From Candidatus Omnitrophota bacterium (GTDB lineage: Bacteria; Omnitrophota; Gorgyraeia; Gygaellales; Profunditerraquicolaceae): 64,000 nt of DNA. Below, one piece after another: positions 31,856 through 41,354 of the stretch (its first letter is position 1; every line of letters begins with the position of its first letter). Position numbers and translations under genes: made by a program. The stretch spans positions 5,260 through 69,259 of the forward strand of contig JALOCB010000003.1 of NCBI GenBank assembly GCA_023227985.1. Direction: 5' to 3'. The notes beneath the pieces are model-generated. The model saw only the letters and a list, made by a program, of their open reading frames with translations. It searched no databases and was not told the origin of the DNA.

Positions 31856-33514
31856 ATGAATTGGAAAAAGTTTAAATTCCTGGTTAGTTTGTATTGGGTC
31901 CGGGTGCTGGTGATCGGGGCGTGTATAGCGTTGCTGGTGTCCTTGACAGTCATTATCATCAACGGCTTAAAGGCCTGGAATGCGTCTGAATCTTATCTGC
32001 GGCAGTCGCAATTGGCCTCTGTGCCTTTACAGATGTTCACCTGGGGGATAATGGGGATCATCCAGGCGACCATATATGTTTTCATGATGTACTGGCTTTT
32101 TTATAAAAGAGGATCCAGTTCTTTTACCCAGACCAATAAAAAAGCCATTGCGGGAGAAGAGCTGAAAGTCACCTGGAATGACGTTATCGGGATGGATGAG
32201 GCAAAGCAGGAGGCTTTGGAAATCGTCAAATTGATCACCGACCGGGCGGAACTGCAGCGCATCGGCGGAAAGATATTAAGAGGAATACTGATGATGGGCC
32301 CTCCGGGCTGCGGCAAGACTTATTTAGCCAAAGCCATTGCCACCGAGGCTAAGCTTCCGTTCATTTCCATGTCCGGTTCGGAATTCGTGGAGATGTTCGT
32401 CGGCGTGGGGGCGGGCAGGATCCGCAGCCTCTTTAAAAGGGCCAGGCAGTTCGCGGAGTTGAAAGGCGGCTGCATAATCTTTATCGATGAAATAGACGCA
32501 GTCGGCGCGCAAAGATCGGTTGATCGCGGTTTCGGCGGCCAGACCGAGGCGAATACCACGGTAAATCAGCTATTGGTCGAAATGGACGGGTTAAAGGAAA
32601 AAGACACGAATATCGTGATCATCGGCGCCACTAATGCCCCGGAGCGTTTTCTGGACGCGGCGCTTTTGCGCCCGGGCAGGTTCGACCGGAAGATACACGT
32701 GGATAAGCCCAATCTTGAAGACCGGCAGAAGCTTTTTGAATATTACCTTAAGACCGTTAAATACGACCAGGCAAACGTCAAGGTGGACCGGCTGTCCAGG
32801 ATCACCGTTGGCCAGAGCCCTGCGGATATCGCCAATATCGTCCGGGAAGCGGCGCTTATTACCATACGTACCAGAAAATCCCTGATAACTATGCAGGAAA
32901 TAGACGAGGCCAGGGAGAGGATCGCCTTAGGTATTAAACGCAGGATAAAATTAAGGGATGAAGAAAAATTGCAGGCGGCTTATCATGAAGCAGGGCATGC
33001 CATTGTCACCTATTTAATGGTGCCTACCCAGGACGTGTTCAAGATCACTATTACCCCCCGAGGGCACACCGGCGGAGTGACCTGGATACCGCAGAGGGAA
33101 GAGATATTCATCCGCGACCAAAAGCAGCTTTTAAACACGATAAAGATATGCCTGGGCTCGTACGCCGCGGAAAAGCTGGAGTTGGGGATCACTACCGCCG
33201 GGGTAAGCGGAGACTTCAGCGAGGCGTTGTTAATCGCCCATAATATGGCCTGGAGTTGGGGCATGGGCAAATCCGGTCTGCTGGGTAATTTTGAAGCGCT
33301 GGATTCGCACGCGCATATGTCGGACGGTACAAAAATGAGATTGGATGCCGATGTGCAGGAGATACTCCAGTCCTGCCTGAAGGAAGTAGAGGAATTGTTA
33401 AAAAAAGAAGAGCCATTACTTAAGCGGCTGGCCGAAGAATTGATCGCCAAAGAAGAACTGAACTATGACGAGATCGAAGGTATTTTTAAGGAATTCGGCA
33501 AAGCTAGGCCTTAA
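31856..33514 (+). CDS. ftsH: FtsH-family ATP-dependent zinc metalloprotease
   Basis: Two N-terminal TMs, Walker A GPPGCGKT, Walker B IIFIDEIDA, zinc motif HEAGHA. Confidence 0.85.
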   Translation: MNWKKFKFLVSLYWVRVLVIGACIALLVSLTVIIINGLKAWNASESYLRQSQLASVPLQMFTWGIMGIIQATIYVFMMYWLFYKRGSSSFTQTNKKAIAGEELKVTWNDVIGMDEAKQEALEIVKLITDRAELQRIGGKILRGILMMGPPGCGKTYLAKAIATEAKLPFISMSGSEFVEMFVGVGAGRIRSLFKRARQFAELKGGCIIFIDEIDAVGAQRSVDRGFGGQTEANTTVNQLLVEMDGLKEKDTNIVIIGATNAPERFLDAALLRPGRFDRKIHVDKPNLEDRQKLFEYYLKTVKYDQANVKVDRLSRITVGQSPADIANIVREAALITIRTRKSLITMQEIDEARERIALGIKRRIKLRDEEKLQAAYHEAGHAIVTYLMVPTQDVFKITITPRGHTGGVTWIPQREEIFIRDQKQLLNTIKICLGSYAAEKLELGITTAGVSGDFSEALLIAHNMAWSWGMGKSGLLGNFEALDSHAHMSDGTKMRLDADVQEILQSCLKEVEELLKKEEPLLKRLAEELIAKEELNYDEIEGIFKEFGKARP

Positions 33515-34349
33515 TATATGCGTCTTTATATTCGCCTGCCTGGGTTGTTCGGCATCTCTCGTTCCCACCTATTCCAAATCCGAAGTTGAAAAAGCTATCA
33601 CCGGTATATTGAGCGTCGAGTATAAAGATGACGCCGTGGCGAAGCTCGCCGGTTCCACGCTGTGGGTATATCTCCCGATGGAAGATATATTCGAAAAAGC
33701 CGAAAAGCCGGAAAAAAACCTGGAGAAATTCATCATTGAAAAGAACACCGCCCGGTTCCTCGGCGACCAGGTGCACTGCGTCTATCGGATAAAAGCCATC
33801 CCGGAAAGGCAGACAAGCCAGGAATATGTCTTCAGCAAGAAGGCTCGGGAAAAGATGAGCAACGCTATCCAGGTATTGCGCCGGGTTATCTTAAGCATCG
33901 ACCGCGGCGAGCGCAATGAGATAAAATTCTTCATCCTGGCCGCCTCAGACATAAATAACGGGATGGAGCTCACAGAGACAATATACGCCCCGGACCTGCT
34001 AAAGGTCAGTTATGGGGCGATCTCTCCGGGGGAATACCAGCACAGAATAAGCATTAACTACGGGGTTAACCCCGGGGCGGTAGGCGATAAGGATGGCAGG
34101 CACTTGGAATATAAGGACCTGACTTTAAGGGAGTTTATTTCACGCCAGATAATCCAGCGGATCGCCTTGAAATTCCAAAAACCCGAGGTGGAGCAGAGCG
34201 CGGATGTGGATAAGGAGGTCGCCAGGATCATCGGCGATACATTGAGGATCTACCGGGTAAGGAATGTTTCCCGCGCATGGCTGGATAATCTGTTCACCAA
34301 AAGCAGGGTTGAATTGACGCATTCCCAGATCTACAATAAGAGGGATTGA
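33465..34349 (+). CDS. Hypothetical exported or lipoprotein-like protein (start uncertain; overlaps the ftsH 3' end by 50 nt)
   Basis: N-terminus ..LNICVFIFACLGCSAS. No recognised motif. Confidence 0.45.
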   Translation: MTRSKVFLRNSAKLGLNICVFIFACLGCSASLVPTYSKSEVEKAITGILSVEYKDDAVAKLAGSTLWVYLPMEDIFEKAEKPEKNLEKFIIEKNTARFLGDQVHCVYRIKAIPERQTSQEYVFSKKAREKMSNAIQVLRRVILSIDRGERNEIKFFILAASDINNGMELTETIYAPDLLKVSYGAISPGEYQHRISINYGVNPGAVGDKDGRHLEYKDLTLREFISRQIIQRIALKFQKPEVEQSADVDKEVARIIGDTLRIYRVRNVSRAWLDNLFTKSRVELTHSQIYNKRD

Positions 34350-34958
34350 TCAGAGGATTTTTACTTTCCTGCCGTTGACCTTTAATCTCCGCGACAAGAA
34401 TAATTTTATCGCCTGAGGATAAAGTTTGTGCTCGGCCCGGTGTATCCTGGCTTCCAGGTTTTTCAGGGTGTCTTGTCTGTTTATCCCCACCGCGGATTGC
34501 AGGATGATCGGGCCATGGTCCGTTTCTTCATCGACGAAATGCACGGTCACGCCGGTGAATCTTACCCCGTAGTCAAAAGCGTCTTTTATCCCGTGTTCCC
34601 CCTTAAACGCGGGAAGCAGAGAGGGATGGATATTGATTATCCGGTTGGGGTAAGCGCGGATAAAAGACGGCGATAATATGCGCATGAACCCTGCCAGGAC
34701 TATCAGGTCTATTTTGGAGTTTTTGAGATGTTTTATGATCCCGGCTTCAAACGCCTCTTTTGAGGGGAAATCCTTTCTTGGGGCCAACAGGATATTTATT
34801 CCCGCTTTCTTCGCTTTCCCCAATACCGGGGCTTTTGGGGTATCGCATACAAGCAGTTTAAGCGAAGATCCCTTAAGAACGCCTTTTTTGACCGCCTGGG
34901 CTATCGCCGAAAAATTACTTCCTTTTCCTGAAGCGAATACCGCGATATTCTTTTTCAT
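34350..34958 (-). CDS. purN: Phosphoribosylglycinamide formyltransferase
   Basis: IAVFASGKGSNF, LAGFMRIL, INIHPSLLPAFKG, TVHFVDEETDHGPII. Confidence 0.85.
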   Translation of the reverse strand: MKKNIAVFASGKGSNFSAIAQAVKKGVLKGSSLKLLVCDTPKAPVLGKAKKAGINILLAPRKDFPSKEAFEAGIIKHLKNSKIDLIVLAGFMRILSPSFIRAYPNRIINIHPSLLPAFKGEHGIKDAFDYGVRFTGVTVHFVDEETDHGPIILQSAVGINRQDTLKNLEARIHRAEHKLYPQAIKLFLSRRLKVNGRKVKIL

Positions 34959-34985
34959 TTGGAAACCGCCTGTGTTATAAATCGT

Positions 34986-35774
34986 TTATTTTACGATCGT
35001 GATCGTTTTTGCCGGGCATACCTTTACGCACTCCCCGCACGAGGTGCATTTATTATGGTCTATTACCGCCAGGTAATCTATTACGTGGATCGCGTCGTAT
35101 TTACAGGCCTTTTCGCATATCTTGCAGGCGATGCATCCTACCGGGCAGACTGTTTTAGTATCTTTCCCCGGTTCATGCAAAGAACAGGCCGCAATGACTT
35201 TATTGTTAATGGGTACCAGGCTGAACAGTTTTTTAGGGCATACCTGCGCGCATTTATTGCAGGCCTTGCATTTTTGGATATCCACTACCGGAAGCCCTTC
35301 TTCCGACATCGTAATCGCTGAGAAAGGGCAGGCTTTGGCGCAGGTCCCGAATCCCAAACATCCCTCAAGACATTGTTTCTGGCCGCCTAAGTGCAGTTTA
35401 GCGGATAAACAGTCTTTTACCCCTTTATAGATGAATCTGTCTTTTACTTTTTTCCCGCCGTTGCAGCGCAGTCGGGCCACTTTCTTGATCTTTTTCTCGA
35501 GCTTTTGCCCCAGCAATACCGCGATAGCCTCTTTAACCTTGTCATCCGCCACCTTGCATCCGTCAGCCAGGACTTTTTCTTCAAGTAAAGCCTCGGCAAA
35601 ACCGGCGCATCCTGCCTGGCCGCAGGCGCCGCAGTTCACGCCCGGCAATATCCCCTGGATCTTTTCCAAGCGGGGGTCGACCTTGACCTCGAATTTTTTC
35701 GAGGCAAAAGCCAGGCCTATGCCGAATAAAAGGCCCAGTAGTCCCAGAGACATTACAGGTAATAGTATATCCAT
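34986..35774 (-). CDS. rnfB: Rnf complex subunit B (polyferredoxin)
   Basis: N-terminal TM, CGACGQAGCAGFA motif, several CxxCxxCxxxCP clusters. Confidence 0.85.
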   Translation of the reverse strand: MDILLPVMSLGLLGLLFGIGLAFASKKFEVKVDPRLEKIQGILPGVNCGACGQAGCAGFAEALLEEKVLADGCKVADDKVKEAIAVLLGQKLEKKIKKVARLRCNGGKKVKDRFIYKGVKDCLSAKLHLGGQKQCLEGCLGFGTCAKACPFSAITMSEEGLPVVDIQKCKACNKCAQVCPKKLFSLVPINNKVIAACSLHEPGKDTKTVCPVGCIACKICEKACKYDAIHVIDYLAVIDHNKCTSCGECVKVCPAKTITIVK

Positions 35775-35776
35775 AA

Positions 35777-36385
35777 TTAGAATTTAAACCCGTTGAATCC
35801 CATAAAGCTTAAGCTCATGATCCCGGCGATGATAAAACCAAGCGGAAAATCCTTCAAGGCCTTGGGGACGTCGCAAAGTTCCAGCCTTTCCCTGATCCCG
35901 GACATTAGAAGCATGGCCAAGGTGAAGCCCAGGCCTGCGCAGACCGCTTGAAAAACAGAATAAAGGAAGCTTGCTGGGACAGCTTTGCCTTGAGCAAAGA
36001 ACATATCCGAATTCAAAACAGCCACGCCCAGTACCGCGCAATTTACCGTGATCAACGGAAGGTATATCCCGAAAAAGCGGTAAAGCGCCGGAGCGAATTT
36101 CCTTATCATCATTTCCACCAATTGAACGAACGCGGCAATTACCAGGATGAAAGAGATCGTCCGCAGATAGGTGATGTTGAAAGGTATAAGAAGAAAACGG
36201 TAAATGAACCAGGTGATGATCGAAGACATCGTGATAACGAACATTACCGCGAAACTCATTGCCAGCGCCGGTTTGGTTTGTTTGGAGATAGCGATAAAAG
36301 AGCACAAGCCCAGGAACCGCGAAAGGATCACATTGTTGATGAATACCGCGGAGATAAATATGGTCAGGAATACGGCTATACTCAT
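35777..36385 (-). CDS. rnfA: Rnf complex subunit A
   Basis: FINNVILSRFLGLC. Six-TM small subunit. Confidence 0.85.
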   Translation of the reverse strand: MSIAVFLTIFISAVFINNVILSRFLGLCSFIAISKQTKPALAMSFAVMFVITMSSIITWFIYRFLLIPFNITYLRTISFILVIAAFVQLVEMMIRKFAPALYRFFGIYLPLITVNCAVLGVAVLNSDMFFAQGKAVPASFLYSVFQAVCAGLGFTLAMLLMSGIRERLELCDVPKALKDFPLGFIIAGIMSLSFMGFNGFKF

Positions 36386-36975
36386 TTATCCCTTCTTTTT
36401 ATGACATTGAACAATCCCAAAAGCAATCCGATCACCAGAAGCGCGCCTGACGGCATCGCAATGACAGCCGCCGGTTCAAATCCCTTGACAATATTCAGGC
36501 CGAAGATCTTGCCGGCTCCCGCTAATTCCCGGATCCCGGAGATAAGCAAAAGAGCCAGGGTAAAGCCTATGCCCATTCCGATGCCGTCGAACAGGGAATG
36601 CCAGATATTGTTCTTGGAGGCGAATGCCTCTGCCCGCCCGAGGACCATGCAATTGACCACTATCAAGGGCACGTATATCCCCAGCGCCCGGTTCAGGGCC
36701 GGGCTGTAAGCCTTCATCAGCAGTTCGGTAATGGTGACGAAGGTGGCTATCACCACTATGAAACAGGGTATGCGGATCTTATTCGGGACGAAACCCTTGA
36801 TCATCGATATGATGATATTGGAAAATACCAGGACAAAGGTCGCGGCGGCCCCCATCCCCAGGCCGTTGATCATGGATATGGAAACCGCCAGGGTAGGACA
36901 GAGGCCCAGCGCCAGGACAAAGGTGGGGTTTTCTTTGATTATGCCTTTAACGCATTCTTGGAAGATATTTTTCAC
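36382..36975 (-). CDS. rnfE: Rnf complex subunit E
   Basis: NPTFVLALGLCPTLAVS. Paralog of RnfA. Confidence 0.85.
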   Translation of the reverse strand: MKNIFQECVKGIIKENPTFVLALGLCPTLAVSISMINGLGMGAAATFVLVFSNIIISMIKGFVPNKIRIPCFIVVIATFVTITELLMKAYSPALNRALGIYVPLIVVNCMVLGRAEAFASKNNIWHSLFDGIGMGIGFTLALLLISGIRELAGAGKIFGLNIVKGFEPAAVIAMPSGALLVIGLLLGLFNVIKRRDK

Positions 36976-37913
36976 TTTACTCCGTAGACCCTGTTCTTGG
37001 TGAAACGGTCGATCAATGGCGCGGCGGCGTTCATCATCAGTATGGCGTAAGAAACGCCTTCAGGGTATCCGCCCCAGACCCGGATGACCGCGGTCAGCAG
37101 GCCGCAACCGACGCCGAAAATAATATGGCCTTTGCGCGTCAAAGGCGATGTGACATAATCCGTGGCCATGAAAAAAGCACCCAGGACCAGCCCTCCGGAG
37201 AGGATATGAAAAACCCAGTCCCCGGTGAATAGGTTTTTCCCGGCGAATAAATAGGTGAATATGCCGGTAGTGGCGATAAAACTTAAAGGTATATGCCAGG
37301 AGATATAGCCTCTTAAGAGAAGAAAGGCTGCGCCTAAGATGAGCGCCAGTATGCTTACTTCTCCTATACAGCCGCTGTGATTGCCCAGAAAAAGGTTGAA
37401 ATAATTGATATGCTCGATGGCTTTGCCTTCTTTAAGCAGGGCCAGAGGGGTAGCCTGGGTCACAGTGTCATAGGTTAAAGGCTGAATGAACGTGGTCATA
37501 TATTTTGGCCAGGAGGCCAGCAGGAATACCCTGCCAACCAGAGCCGGGTTGAAGATATTCTGTCCCAGTCCTCCAAAAACCATTTTTCCTAAAGCGATGG
37601 CTACGAAAGAGCCGACTATCGGTATCCAGAAAGGAACGCTCGGGCCGAGGTTATAGGCTAAAAGCAGCCCGGTCAGGAACGCGCTGCCGTCTAAAACAGA
37701 GACTTTGCGTTTGGTGATCAGCTGAATGCCGGTTTCGGTGATCAGCGCGGAGGCTATAGCCAGAAGGATAATCCAGAGCGCCTGGTTGCCGAAAATCCAT
37801 ATGCCTGAAAGCCCTGCCGGGGCCAGGCTTAGGGCCACCAGCCACATTATCCGGCTCGTTGATTCCCGGGTGTGCATATGCGGAGAGCCGCTGACTATAA
37901 GCTTAGTTCCCAT
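36972..37913 (-). CDS. rnfD: Rnf complex subunit D
   Basis: SGSPHMHTRESTSRIMW, FFMATDYVTSP (RnfD/NqrB signature). Confidence 0.85.
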   Translation of the reverse strand: MGTKLIVSGSPHMHTRESTSRIMWLVALSLAPAGLSGIWIFGNQALWIILLAIASALITETGIQLITKRKVSVLDGSAFLTGLLLAYNLGPSVPFWIPIVGSFVAIALGKMVFGGLGQNIFNPALVGRVFLLASWPKYMTTFIQPLTYDTVTQATPLALLKEGKAIEHINYFNLFLGNHSGCIGEVSILALILGAAFLLLRGYISWHIPLSFIATTGIFTYLFAGKNLFTGDWVFHILSGGLVLGAFFMATDYVTSPLTRKGHIIFGVGCGLLTAVIRVWGGYPEGVSYAILMMNAAAPLIDRFTKNRVYGVK

Positions 37914-38487
37914 TTAACAGCCTTTTTATCTCCTGGGTTTTTTCTTTTACGGAATCGATCACTGCCTGTGAAGAAATAGTGGCTCCGGTTATCGCCTGGA
38001 TCCCGGAAAGGCCGCGTATATCCTTGCCGGAGAACTGTTCGCCAAACCAGGGTTTTTCGGCGGTGTCCTGTTTTTTGCCTTTAATGAAATCAAATATGGT
38101 GGTGTCGTCTTTTATTTCAGTTATGCGCGAGCCCAAGCCCGGGGTTTCATTCTGGGCCAATACTTTTATGGCGTTTATCGTGCCGTCTTTTTTCATTCCG
38201 ACCATAGTCTCGATCACGCTGGAATAGCCTTTGCCCGAGGCTTTGAAGGCGGCGCCGATAACCCCGCCTGTTCCGTTCAAAGCGCGGTAATAAATGATCC
38301 CGTTATTTTGCCTCACCGGCTCAAAGCTGGCTGCTTCCGGCAGCACTTCTTTTAAACTTTTTTCTGTTTCCCGGTTAAGCTGAATGGTGATCTGGGGCAG
38401 GGTCAGCCGGTTAACTATTGCCAATAGGCCGGTGGCTACCAGGCAGATAAGTCCCAGGATCAATCCGTAACGCAGCAGTGCCCTCAT
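37903..38487 (-). CDS. rnfG: Rnf complex subunit G (FMN-binding)
   Basis: N-terminal TM, QNETPGLG, ITGATISS flavinylation-type motif. Confidence 0.8.
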   Translation of the reverse strand: MRALLRYGLILGLICLVATGLLAIVNRLTLPQITIQLNRETEKSLKEVLPEAASFEPVRQNNGIIYYRALNGTGGVIGAAFKASGKGYSSVIETMVGMKKDGTINAIKVLAQNETPGLGSRITEIKDDTTIFDFIKGKKQDTAEKPWFGEQFSGKDIRGLSGIQAITGATISSQAVIDSVKEKTQEIKRLLNGN

Positions 38488-39767
38488 CTTGATAATTCCA
38501 TTTTCGCTAATTTCACCGTTTGGGTTAGCCTGCGGTTAGACGGGCAGATAAAGTTGCATAAGCCGCATTCAATACAATCCAAAACCCCGTATCCTTTTGC
38601 TTCTTGCCACAGCCCTTTTGCCGCGGACAGGTTGATCAGGCAGGGCATAAGTCCCATCGGACAGTTCCGGACGCAGGCTGCGCAGCGGATACAAGGCTGC
38701 TCTTCCAGCATTTTAGCTTCTTGGGCGTCAAGCAGGATAACGCCGGTGGTGGATTTTATTACCGGGACCTGGTCGGTGTACTGGGCTATGCCCATCATCG
38801 GCCCGCCTATTATCATTTTTGCCGGTTCGGTTCTCAGCGGACCGCAGAATGCGATCAATTCCTTTACAGGCGTGCCGATCCGGGCAAGTATATTTTTGGG
38901 GTTTTCGAGAAGGCTGCCGGTCACGGTCACTACCCGTTCGTAAAGCGGCTTGGACCTGTAAACACTTTCGTAAACGGCAAAGACCGTGGATACATTCTGC
39001 ACGTTCACGCCCAGGTCAAAGGGGAGTTTGCCGGGAGGCAGCTCTTTGTTCAATATCTGTTTTATCAGTTGTTTTTCCCCGCCCTGCGGGTAAAGTGATC
39101 TCAATACCCTCAATTGATAAGGGGTGGCTTTGAGTTCTTTCTCCAGTATCTTTATCGCGGATTCTTTATTGTCTTCTATGGCGACGTAAATCTTGCCGCA
39201 GTTAAGGCAGTTTTTTATCAGGGTTATGCCGTTTATTATCTCCTGAGTTTTTTCAAGCACTAATTGTGAGTCGCCGGTCAGGTATGGTTCGCATTCGGCG
39301 ATATTGATGATCAGCGAATCTATTGGTTTGGGCGGATTAAGCTTGATGTGAGTGGGAAAAGCCGCTCCGCCCATGCCGACTATGCCGGCGCTGAAAACAG
39401 CTCCACGGATTTGCTCGGGGGTCGACCTTTCGGCTTCTTCTTTAGTTTTGTCTGCCTGGGCGCTGAAGGGCAGGTCCTTGCCGTCGTTCTCGATGATTAT
39501 CGTCCGGCACATCCCGCGGCTGGGGTGCGGCCAGTTTCGGATGGCGGTTACTTTGCCGGATATCGAGCTGTGGACAGGGGAATAAACCTTGGCTTCGGAC
39601 TGCGCGATAAGCTGTCCGCGCAAAACAGCATCCCCGGGTTTTACCAGGATATTGTCGCAAGGGGCTCCGATATGCTGGCTTATGGGTATATACGCGTTCG
39701 CGGGTAATGGCGCGTTCTCTATCGGTTTGTCCTGGGTGTGGAATTTATTCTCTTCTAATCTAACCAT
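38484..39767 (-). CDS. rnfC: Rnf complex subunit C
   Basis: GIVGMGGAAFPTHIK, INIAECEPYLTGD, CIRCAACVRNCP and CIECGLCNFICP. Confidence 0.85.
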   Translation of the reverse strand: MVRLEENKFHTQDKPIENAPLPANAYIPISQHIGAPCDNILVKPGDAVLRGQLIAQSEAKVYSPVHSSISGKVTAIRNWPHPSRGMCRTIIIENDGKDLPFSAQADKTKEEAERSTPEQIRGAVFSAGIVGMGGAAFPTHIKLNPPKPIDSLIINIAECEPYLTGDSQLVLEKTQEIINGITLIKNCLNCGKIYVAIEDNKESAIKILEKELKATPYQLRVLRSLYPQGGEKQLIKQILNKELPPGKLPFDLGVNVQNVSTVFAVYESVYRSKPLYERVVTVTGSLLENPKNILARIGTPVKELIAFCGPLRTEPAKMIIGGPMMGIAQYTDQVPVIKSTTGVILLDAQEAKMLEEQPCIRCAACVRNCPMGLMPCLINLSAAKGLWQEAKGYGVLDCIECGLCNFICPSNRRLTQTVKLAKMELSR

Positions 39768-40996
39768 GATATTTTATGATGGACGATCAGGTTGATGATT
39801 CCCAATAGCGCGATTATGCAGCCTACTGCCACAAGGATATAGGTATGGGATAATTTGTCCGCCAGCTTGCTGCTGATGAACATGAATGTGAGGAATCCCA
39901 GATGCATTACGATTTCCAGAGAGCTGAAAACTTTGCCCATCATATGATTCGCGCTCACATTGTGAACTATAGTGTTGGAGGCGATCATAATCGGCGAAAT
40001 AGACATGCCTAGGCACAGAGATAATACGGCCGCGACTATGAAAACAGGATAGCGGGATATGCCTAAAGCGAAGGCAACAAGCATTATACCGCTTAAGATC
40101 AATGATGTAAAGATGGTTTTGTAGTGTGAGAGTTTGTGCCCGCAGTGGCCGTATATCAGCGAGCCGGTGAACAGGCCCAGGCCCAAGAACATGATCAATA
40201 ACCCCAGGTCTTTAGTGGCGGAATGCAGGGTTTTTTGGATGAAAACTATCGCGACTACGTATACCGAGCCCAGCGCCGCGAAAAGGGCGAACATCACCCC
40301 TGCGGTGAAGCGTATCTCTTTGTTTTTCCAGACATAAAAAATGCTTTCTTTTATGTCGCTGCCGATGGTTTTTTTGATCGCGCCGACTATTTCCTGGCTG
40401 GTCTTTTTTATATCAATCCGGGCAAAGCGGTTCTTTTTACTGATAAAGAAGAGCAATCCCGCGGATACGATAAAGCTTAAGCCGTCAAGGTAGAATCCGG
40501 CTTTGGCGCCTAATTTTTCAACGATCAGGCCGCTTATTCCGAAACCCAATACCGCGGCGATCATCCCTGTAGTATTGACCAGGGAGTTGGCGGCTACAAG
40601 GTCTTCTGCCGCTACCAGTTCCGGGACTATCGCCAGTTTTGCCGGGATAAAAAAGCGACCTAATGAGAAGACAACAAAAATAACAATGTATATACCGATG
40701 AACTTATTATAAAGGAACAGGAGTGGGATGGTCAGGACCAGGCATGCCCTTAATGAATCGCAAATGAACATAGTTTTTCGCCGGTCCCAGCGGTCAACAT
40801 AGGCCCCGGCGATCGGGCCGATCAAAAATACCGGGATCAGGGTAAATGAGAGTATTTTGGCGATCTGCCAGGTTGATCCGGGGACCAGGCCTATCAGGGC
40901 CATCTGGCTGAGGCGGTCTCCTAATTGGGAGATGATCTGGCTTAGCCAGAGCAGGGAGAAGTCGCGATTACGTAAAACCTTGGTAAACCTGGACAT
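39755..40996 (-). CDS. MFS transporter
   Basis: About 12 TM segments, DRWDRRK loop between TM2 and TM3. Its 3' end overlaps the rnfC start by 13 nt. Confidence 0.7.
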   Translation of the reverse strand: MSRFTKVLRNRDFSLLWLSQIISQLGDRLSQMALIGLVPGSTWQIAKILSFTLIPVFLIGPIAGAYVDRWDRRKTMFICDSLRACLVLTIPLLFLYNKFIGIYIVIFVVFSLGRFFIPAKLAIVPELVAAEDLVAANSLVNTTGMIAAVLGFGISGLIVEKLGAKAGFYLDGLSFIVSAGLLFFISKKNRFARIDIKKTSQEIVGAIKKTIGSDIKESIFYVWKNKEIRFTAGVMFALFAALGSVYVVAIVFIQKTLHSATKDLGLLIMFLGLGLFTGSLIYGHCGHKLSHYKTIFTSLILSGIMLVAFALGISRYPVFIVAAVLSLCLGMSISPIMIASNTIVHNVSANHMMGKVFSSLEIVMHLGFLTFMFISSKLADKLSHTYILVAVGCIIALLGIINLIVHHKISWLD

Positions 40997-41093
40997 TGGT
41001 TTTAATTAGAATACGGTTTTTTATTAATAAAATACGATGGTTTTCCGCAGCAAGCCATTTTGGGGCCTGCGGAAGGATATATGGCGAAATACA

Positions 41094-41166
41094 AGCCGGC
41101 GGAGGGAATCGAACCCACGACCCACGATTTACGAAACCGTTGCTCTACCAACTGAGCTACGCCGGC
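41094..41166 (-). tRNA. tRNA-Thr(CGU)
   Basis: GCCGGCGTAGCTCAGTTGGTAGAGCAACGGTTTCGTAAATCGTGGGTCGTGGGTTCGATTCCCTCCGCCGGCT folds as a cloverleaf with anticodon loop TTCGTAA. There is one U-U mismatch in the T stem, and CCA is not encoded. Confidence 0.85.
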
Positions 41167-41195
41167 ATAAATTTTAAAATAAAACTTTTCTAATC

Positions 41196-41223
41196 ATTAT
41201 ATCAACTTTTAAGCAATAGTCAA
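41196..41223 (-). promoter_or_regulatory. Candidate promoter for tRNA-Thr (TTGACT-16-TATAAT on the minus strand)
   Basis: Minus-strand -35 corresponds to plus 41218-41223 and -10 to plus 41196-41201, about 30 nt upstream of the tRNA 5' end. Confidence 0.5.
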
Positions 41224-41276
41224 ATTATACCGGTTCAAAACATAAACATTCCGGTATCTTTAATTATTAAAAATAC

Positions 41277-41305
41277 TTGACTTATGTATAGCTACGTAGT
41301 ATAAA
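41277..41305 (+). promoter_or_regulatory. Candidate promoter for the ROK regulator (TTGACT-17-TATAAA); spacer contains the palindrome CTACGTAG
   Basis: -35 at 41277-41282, -10 at 41300-41305. Confidence 0.4.
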
Positions 41306-41354
41306 TAAAAAAACACCTGAAGATTTTTTCTTAATGCCGAGAAAGGTTGCGTAA

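Noticed and set aside
40996-41193. 65-aa plus-strand ORF.
   Set aside because: It overlaps the antisense of tRNA-Thr and has no RBS or motif. Spurious.
41227-41257. 7-bp inverted repeat ATACCGG-N17-CCGGTAT in the divergent tRNA-Thr / ROK-regulator intergenic region, considered as an operator.
   Set aside because: It is too short to support on its own and lies upstream of both candidate promoters. Noted only.
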